The notes below the pieces were generated by a model. The model had not been told where the DNA came from and did not search any database. It saw nothing but the letters and a program-made list of their open reading frames with translations. Position numbers and translations under genes: made by a program. Positions 60,259-64,000 of a DNA stretch of 64,000 bases are shown piece by piece. The stretch is from Acidaminococcales bacterium (GTDB lineage: Bacteria; Bacillota; Negativicutes; Acidaminococcales; JAISLQ01): NCBI GenBank assembly GCA_031551525.1, contig JAVBNN010000023.1, positions 46,442 to 110,441 on the forward strand. Direction: 5' to 3'. Within the stretch, counting starts at the first letter, position 1, and every line of letters starts with the position of its first letter.

Positions 60259-61866
60259 TCAGGAGTGTCCACGCTGCAAATAGCGCTCACGCAGTGTGTC
60301 GCAGTAACGTCCGAGGATTGGCACCTGTGCCGCGTCGCTCCAAGGTAGCCCGCCGGTAAAAAGCACCAGCGGCATATATATACCCGCCCCCAAGAACACC
60401 GCCAGCAGTAAGAACCAGTTGCCGATGTAGGCCTGGCTGTAGGATGCCAAAAAGATCCCGCCCGCCATGACCAGCGACGCGCCGAAGACACGTAATGTTA
60501 CTCCCATCTCGAGGACAAAACCTGTATAACGCCAAATAAAAAACATGTTTATCAAAGCCGCCAGTGCCATATCGGCTACCGTGGCATAGGCCGCGCCTTT
60601 TATCGCCAAGGGAGCCTCTGCCACCAGTTGCCAGTTGAGCACTACCTTTACCGCCGCCGCCGCGATCATGGCTAGTACCGGTATGCGGGTGAGGCCCAGC
60701 CCCTGCAGTATCCCCGTACTAACCTGATGTAGCCCGAGAAAAAAGATAGCCATGCTGGATGCACCGATGACTGTAGCTGCGCCAGGTGAATTGTACACTA
60801 CACTCGCCACCGGTTCAGCCAACAGAAAGAGGCCCACTGCGCAAGGCACCGTGACCGCCACTGCTATCCGAAAGGCTGTTCCCGCTTTATCGGCTATATC
60901 CTTTTCATCTCCGGCAGTACGCGCCGTGGCAATCGCGGGAACCAGCGCTATGGACAAGGCTGCCGTCAGGAGGGTGGCAAGGTTTATCAGCGGCACTGCC
61001 ATGCCGGTCAGATAGCCAAATAACTCCGTTGCCTTATGCGTATTATAACCGGCTACTTCGAGGCGCTGCGGTACGATGAGCATATCAAGATTCGCCACAA
61101 TCGGTAGCATCAAGCTGGCCGCCGATATCGGCAACGCCAAACGTAAAAGCCGTTTAAAGAGTTCTGTGCTGCTTTCCTGTTCCCGCTCCTCGGTCGCGAT
61201 AAAACGGTTCGCATGCAGCCGATGAAGGCGCTGCACACAAAAAGACAGTAATAAGAGCGCCATCAACGCACCCGCAGCCGCGCCCATACTGGCGCCCGCC
61301 GCTCCATAGCTCAATCCCAAAGGTAAAAGCAGCCAGGCAAAGAAAAGCATGGTGATAACTCTAAACAGTTGCTCAATGATTTCCGATGCCGCCGTAGGTG
61401 CCATTTTTTGCCAGCCCTGCAAGTAGCCGCGCATACTGGACATAAAAGTTACCAAAAAAACTGCAGGCGCCAGGGCAATAATCGACCAAAAGGCTCGTTC
61501 ATCGCGGATCCATTCATACTTGACCAGCCAGCCGGCGCCAAGAGTCATAAGAAACATACATAGCGCGCCCGTAATAAACAATACCCGTCGGGACAGTTCA
61601 AACACCTGCCGCGCGCCGCAGTAATCCCCTTTAGCCAGTTTTTCCGCTGTGACAATAGATATGGCCACTGGAATCCCGGCCGACGACAGCGTCAAAGCCA
61701 ACAGGTATATAGGAAATCCCATCTGGTAGAGGCCGATACCTTCGCCGCCCAGTATCCGGGAGAGGAACACCCAGTTCAAAGAGCCAATAACTTTGACGAC
61801 TATCCCCGATATAGTCAATATAAGCGTCCCTTTTAAGAGGATCTTGTTTTTACCGGATTCGTCCAT
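60259..61866 (-). CDS. MOP-superfamily flippase (SpoVB/MurJ-like polysaccharide or lipid II transporter)
   Basis: 535 aa with ~14 TM. The N-terminus LLKGTLILTISGIVVKVIGSLNWVFLSRILGGEGIGLYQMGFPIY is typical of the SpoVB/YtgP group. Confidence 0.8.
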   Translation of the reverse strand: MDESGKNKILLKGTLILTISGIVVKVIGSLNWVFLSRILGGEGIGLYQMGFPIYLLALTLSSAGIPVAISIVTAEKLAKGDYCGARQVFELSRRVLFITGALCMFLMTLGAGWLVKYEWIRDERAFWSIIALAPAVFLVTFMSSMRGYLQGWQKMAPTAASEIIEQLFRVITMLFFAWLLLPLGLSYGAAGASMGAAAGALMALLLLSFCVQRLHRLHANRFIATEEREQESSTELFKRLLRLALPISAASLMLPIVANLDMLIVPQRLEVAGYNTHKATELFGYLTGMAVPLINLATLLTAALSIALVPAIATARTAGDEKDIADKAGTAFRIAVAVTVPCAVGLFLLAEPVASVVYNSPGAATVIGASSMAIFFLGLHQVSTGILQGLGLTRIPVLAMIAAAAVKVVLNWQLVAEAPLAIKGAAYATVADMALAALINMFFIWRYTGFVLEMGVTLRVFGASLVMAGGIFLASYSQAYIGNWFLLLAVFLGAGIYMPLVLFTGGLPWSDAAQVPILGRYCDTLRERYLQRGHS

Positions 61867-62048
61867 CTTTACCTCGTTAAACCGCCGGCCACAACCTTAG
61901 CCTGCTTTCTTCTATCTATATTACCAGCAGTAAGGGTTTTTACCAAGTATTTTGTTTGTGGTGTAAATTTGTTGACACAGAAAAAAAACCGTGTTATATT
62001 TCATGTGAATAACTGTTCATTTGTTCATGTAAAAAAGGAGGTGCTATC

Positions 62049-62393
62049 TTGCAAGAAAAACTGGCTTCTATAAGATCACTGGCAAGCGAAGAAAACAAAA
62101 CCCGCTTGCTTGCGTCTGAGCAACCGCGTAAGCTTGCCGAAATATTCCGGGTGTTGGGAGATACCACGCGTATCAAGCTTATTTTGGCCCTCCTTTATGA
62201 GGAAAAATGCGTCCAGCATTTGGCCGAAAACATAAGCATGAGTCAGTCCGCTGTATCCCACCAACTTAGGCTGCTGAAAACAGCGCGTCTGGTAAAGACC
62301 CGCCGCGAAGGTAAAAACATCGTGTACTCACTGGATGATGACCACATCGAGGGCCTGGTCGCCCAAGGTCTCGAACATGCGAGCCACACTTGA
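62049..62393 (+). CDS. ArsR/SmtB-family metalloregulator (alpha5-site type)
   Basis: LAEIFRVLGDTTRIKLILAL...SQSAVSHQLRLLK HTH. C-terminal DDDHIEGLVAQGLEHASH resembles the alpha5 D-H...H-x-x-H/E metal site. TTG start with an AGGAGG RBS. Confidence 0.85.
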   Translation: MQEKLASIRSLASEENKTRLLASEQPRKLAEIFRVLGDTTRIKLILALLYEEKCVQHLAENISMSQSAVSHQLRLLKTARLVKTRREGKNIVYSLDDDHIEGLVAQGLEHASHT

Positions 62394-62408
62394 TAAGAGA
62401 GGTGCATT

Positions 62409-64000
62409 ATGACAAATACTGCTTCCATAAATATGCAAATATTTCAGATATCCGGCTTGGACTGCCCGGACTGCACCAGCTCGCTGGAAAAGCTTATCCA
62501 AAAAATACCTGGTGTACAGTCTGCCACTATCCAGTTTCCTTCCGGCAAACTAACCGTACGGCATGAAACGGCGCCGGAAGCCATCATCAGTCTGATTGAA
62601 CAGCAAGGTTATTCGGCGGTTTTAAAATCGTCCGATTATACCACAGTACACACTTTCAATATACAAGGCCTTGACTGCCCCGACTGCACAAAAAGCTTGG
62701 AACAATTACTTTTAAAACGTCCGGGGGTAAAACAGGTTTCCCTGAAGTTCCCTTCCGGTAAACTGCTGATAGAGCACACCAGCCCGCCCGGCGAGATAAT
62801 AAGCCTCATCCAGGCGCAAGGCTACACCGTTGCCCTGGAAGGGCTGGCCGTCAATAAACGTGCCTGGTGGAAAGACCCCGCCACTTTTTCTTTGTTTGTC
62901 GGCATTATATTGCTGGCGGCAAGTTTCACTCTTAAAGCTTCCGGCTATGCGGGCTCGCTTTCTTATTTATTTGCCTTTTCGGTTCTGACCGCCGGTTGGC
63001 CGGTTTTTCGCGCCGGGTCAAGGTCTCTCTTGGCAGGCCTGTTGGACATGAACGTACTTATGACGATTGCGGTTCTGGGCGCCGCCTTTCTCGGCGACTG
63101 GCTGGAAGCGGCGGCTGTAGTCGTTTTATTCGGTTTGGGCCGGGCTTTACAGGCCTACACACTCGCCAACGCCGAACGTTCACTCAACGCCCTCCTAACT
63201 GCCGCCCCCTCCTCCGTACTCAAATTGGTCAACGGCAAGTCCCAGGAAGTAGACAGCGCCACCGTCCAAACTGGCGATACCCTGCTTATTCGTACAGGAG
63301 AAGTACTGGCGGTAGATGCTGTTGTACAAGACGGGCGGGCCGCCGTAAATCAAGCTTCGGTCACCGGCGAGTCGCTGCCCCGCGATGTAGCGCCCGGCGA
63401 CAAACTGTTCGCCGGCAGTTACCCGACGGACAGCCAACTTACTGTGACCGCCAGCAGTACCATGGCGGATTCCATGCTCAGCCGGATAAAAACACTGGTA
63501 GAAAACGCCCAGACGGAAAAGCCGCCCAGCCAGGAATTTGTCGAGCGCTTTGCCCGCATCTATACTCCCATCGTCATAGCCAGCACGGTGCTTTTAGTGG
63601 CCGTACCCTGGCTGCTGCTTGGTCAACCGCTCGATACCTGGCTATACCGGGGATTGGTATTGTTGGTGGTGGCCTGCCCCTGCGCGCTCATACTCTCGAC
63701 ACCGGTCGCCACCGCCGCCGCCATTAGTGCGGCCTCGCGCCTCGGTATACTTATAAAAGGCGGCGTCGCCCTTGAGAATGCCGGCAAGGTCAAAGCTATC
63801 GCTCTTGATAAAACAGGCACTTTGTCTACCGGAAAGCTTACCGTAGCCAATCTTTACGCTCCCCATCCTTTTTCCAAAGAAGAGGTGCTGCGCCTGACCG
63901 CCGCACTCGAAACGTCGTCTTTTCACCCGGCCGCACTGGCCATTCTGGCTGAAGCCCAAAATCTCGAATTGCCGCCGGTAAAAGACATAAATAACCAGTC
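62409..64000 (+). CDS. Heavy-metal translocating P1B-type ATPase, N-terminal 530 aa (3' end outside window)
   Basis: Two HMA domains with GLDCPDC motifs, then TGES (VTGESLP), CPC (ACPCALILSTPV) and DKTGTL. Not in the ORF track because no stop falls inside the window. Confidence 0.9.
   Translation, partial: MTNTASINMQIFQISGLDCPDCTSSLEKLIQKIPGVQSATIQFPSGKLTVRHETAPEAIISLIEQQGYSAVLKSSDYTTVHTFNIQGLDCPDCTKSLEQLLLKRPGVKQVSLKFPSGKLLIEHTSPPGEIISLIQAQGYTVALEGLAVNKRAWWKDPATFSLFVGIILLAASFTLKASGYAGSLSYLFAFSVLTAGWPVFRAGSRSLLAGLLDMNVLMTIAVLGAAFLGDWLEAAAVVVLFGLGRALQAYTLANAERSLNALLTAAPSSVLKLVNGKSQEVDSATVQTGDTLLIRTGEVLAVDAVVQDGRAAVNQASVTGESLPRDVAPGDKLFAGSYPTDSQLTVTASSTMADSMLSRIKTLVENAQTEKPPSQEFVERFARIYTPIVIASTVLLVAVPWLLLGQPLDTWLYRGLVLLVVACPCALILSTPVATAAAISAASRLGILIKGGVALENAGKVKAIALDKTGTLSTGKLTVANLYAPHPFSKEEVLRLTAALETSSFHPAALAILAEAQNLELPPVKDINNQ

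Noticed and set aside
60118-60491. Plus- and minus-strand ORFs (76 aa, 108 aa, 82 aa) around the tRNA
   Set aside because: They overlap the tRNA-Thr gene or lie in alternative frames of the flippase C-terminus. No supporting signals were found.
62996-63727. 243-aa plus-strand ORF from the ORF track
   Set aside because: It is out of frame with the P1B ATPase, whose frame (from 62409) shows the TGES, CPC and DKTGTL motifs and stays open to the window end.
1-64000. CRISPR arrays, rRNA genes, transposases and IS elements
   Set aside because: No regularly spaced direct repeats with unique spacers, no rRNA-like sequence, and no transposase motifs or terminal inverted repeats were seen. The only mobile element supported is the prophage.

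Overview
The window is a Firmicutes-style chromosome (strong GGAGG ribosome-binding sites, TGnTATAAT extended -10 promoters, SpoVB/MurJ-type flippase, FapA) carrying one large prophage. Positions 1-13.4 kb hold ordinary chromosomal genes: an HxlR fragment, a GNAT, an RND efflux pump with its membrane-fusion protein, a second GNAT-like protein, a Cache-GGDEF diguanylate cyclase, Bcp, FapA/DUF342, a Zn-ribbon ThrC-like PLP enzyme and an aldo-keto reductase with a 2x[4Fe-4S] tail. Positions ~13,400-60,172 are a ~46.7-kb temperate prophage inserted in the 3' half of a tRNA-Thr(CGU) gene. It is bounded by 44-bp imperfect att repeats, with the displaced canonical tRNA 3' end at the left junction, a tyrosine integrase at the right junction, and GTTGCACACC arm-type repeats inside both ends. 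Nearly all lytic genes are on the minus strand. From right to left they run: cI/Cro switch, early genes, replication module (DUF2800 nuclease, DUF2815 SSB, family-A polymerase, VirE-type primase, putative ori, VRR-NUC, SNF2 helicase with an in-frame TAG, DUF5664, a NrdD-like glycyl-radical mini-protein, a sigma-r4-like regulator), TerS/TerL, portal, scaffold, capsid, T7 gp11/gp12-like adaptor and nozzle, internal ejection proteins (including NlpC/P60 and a 2089-aa giant), a moron island, two collagen-like tail fibres, and holin/endolysin/spanin-like lysis genes. Opposite-strand morons with their own extended -10 promoters carry candidate defence or exclusion functions (Abi-alpha/DUF4393, Abi_2, DUF4145, AlbA_2-HATPase, several small membrane proteins). 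The right flank (60.2-64 kb) has a MOP flippase, an ArsR/SmtB repressor and a P1B heavy-metal ATPase that runs off the window. The most interesting items are: a P22 sieA-immI-like exclusion/antirepressor island built from duplicated RHH cassettes inside the late operon; a stand-alone NrdD-type glycyl-radical domain protein; an unusual spanin-like lysis protein; a defence-type cluster between repressor and integrase; a degenerate phage-supplied tRNA 3' half; and an iteron-type origin. All family assignments rest on motif recognition by eye; no database search was run.
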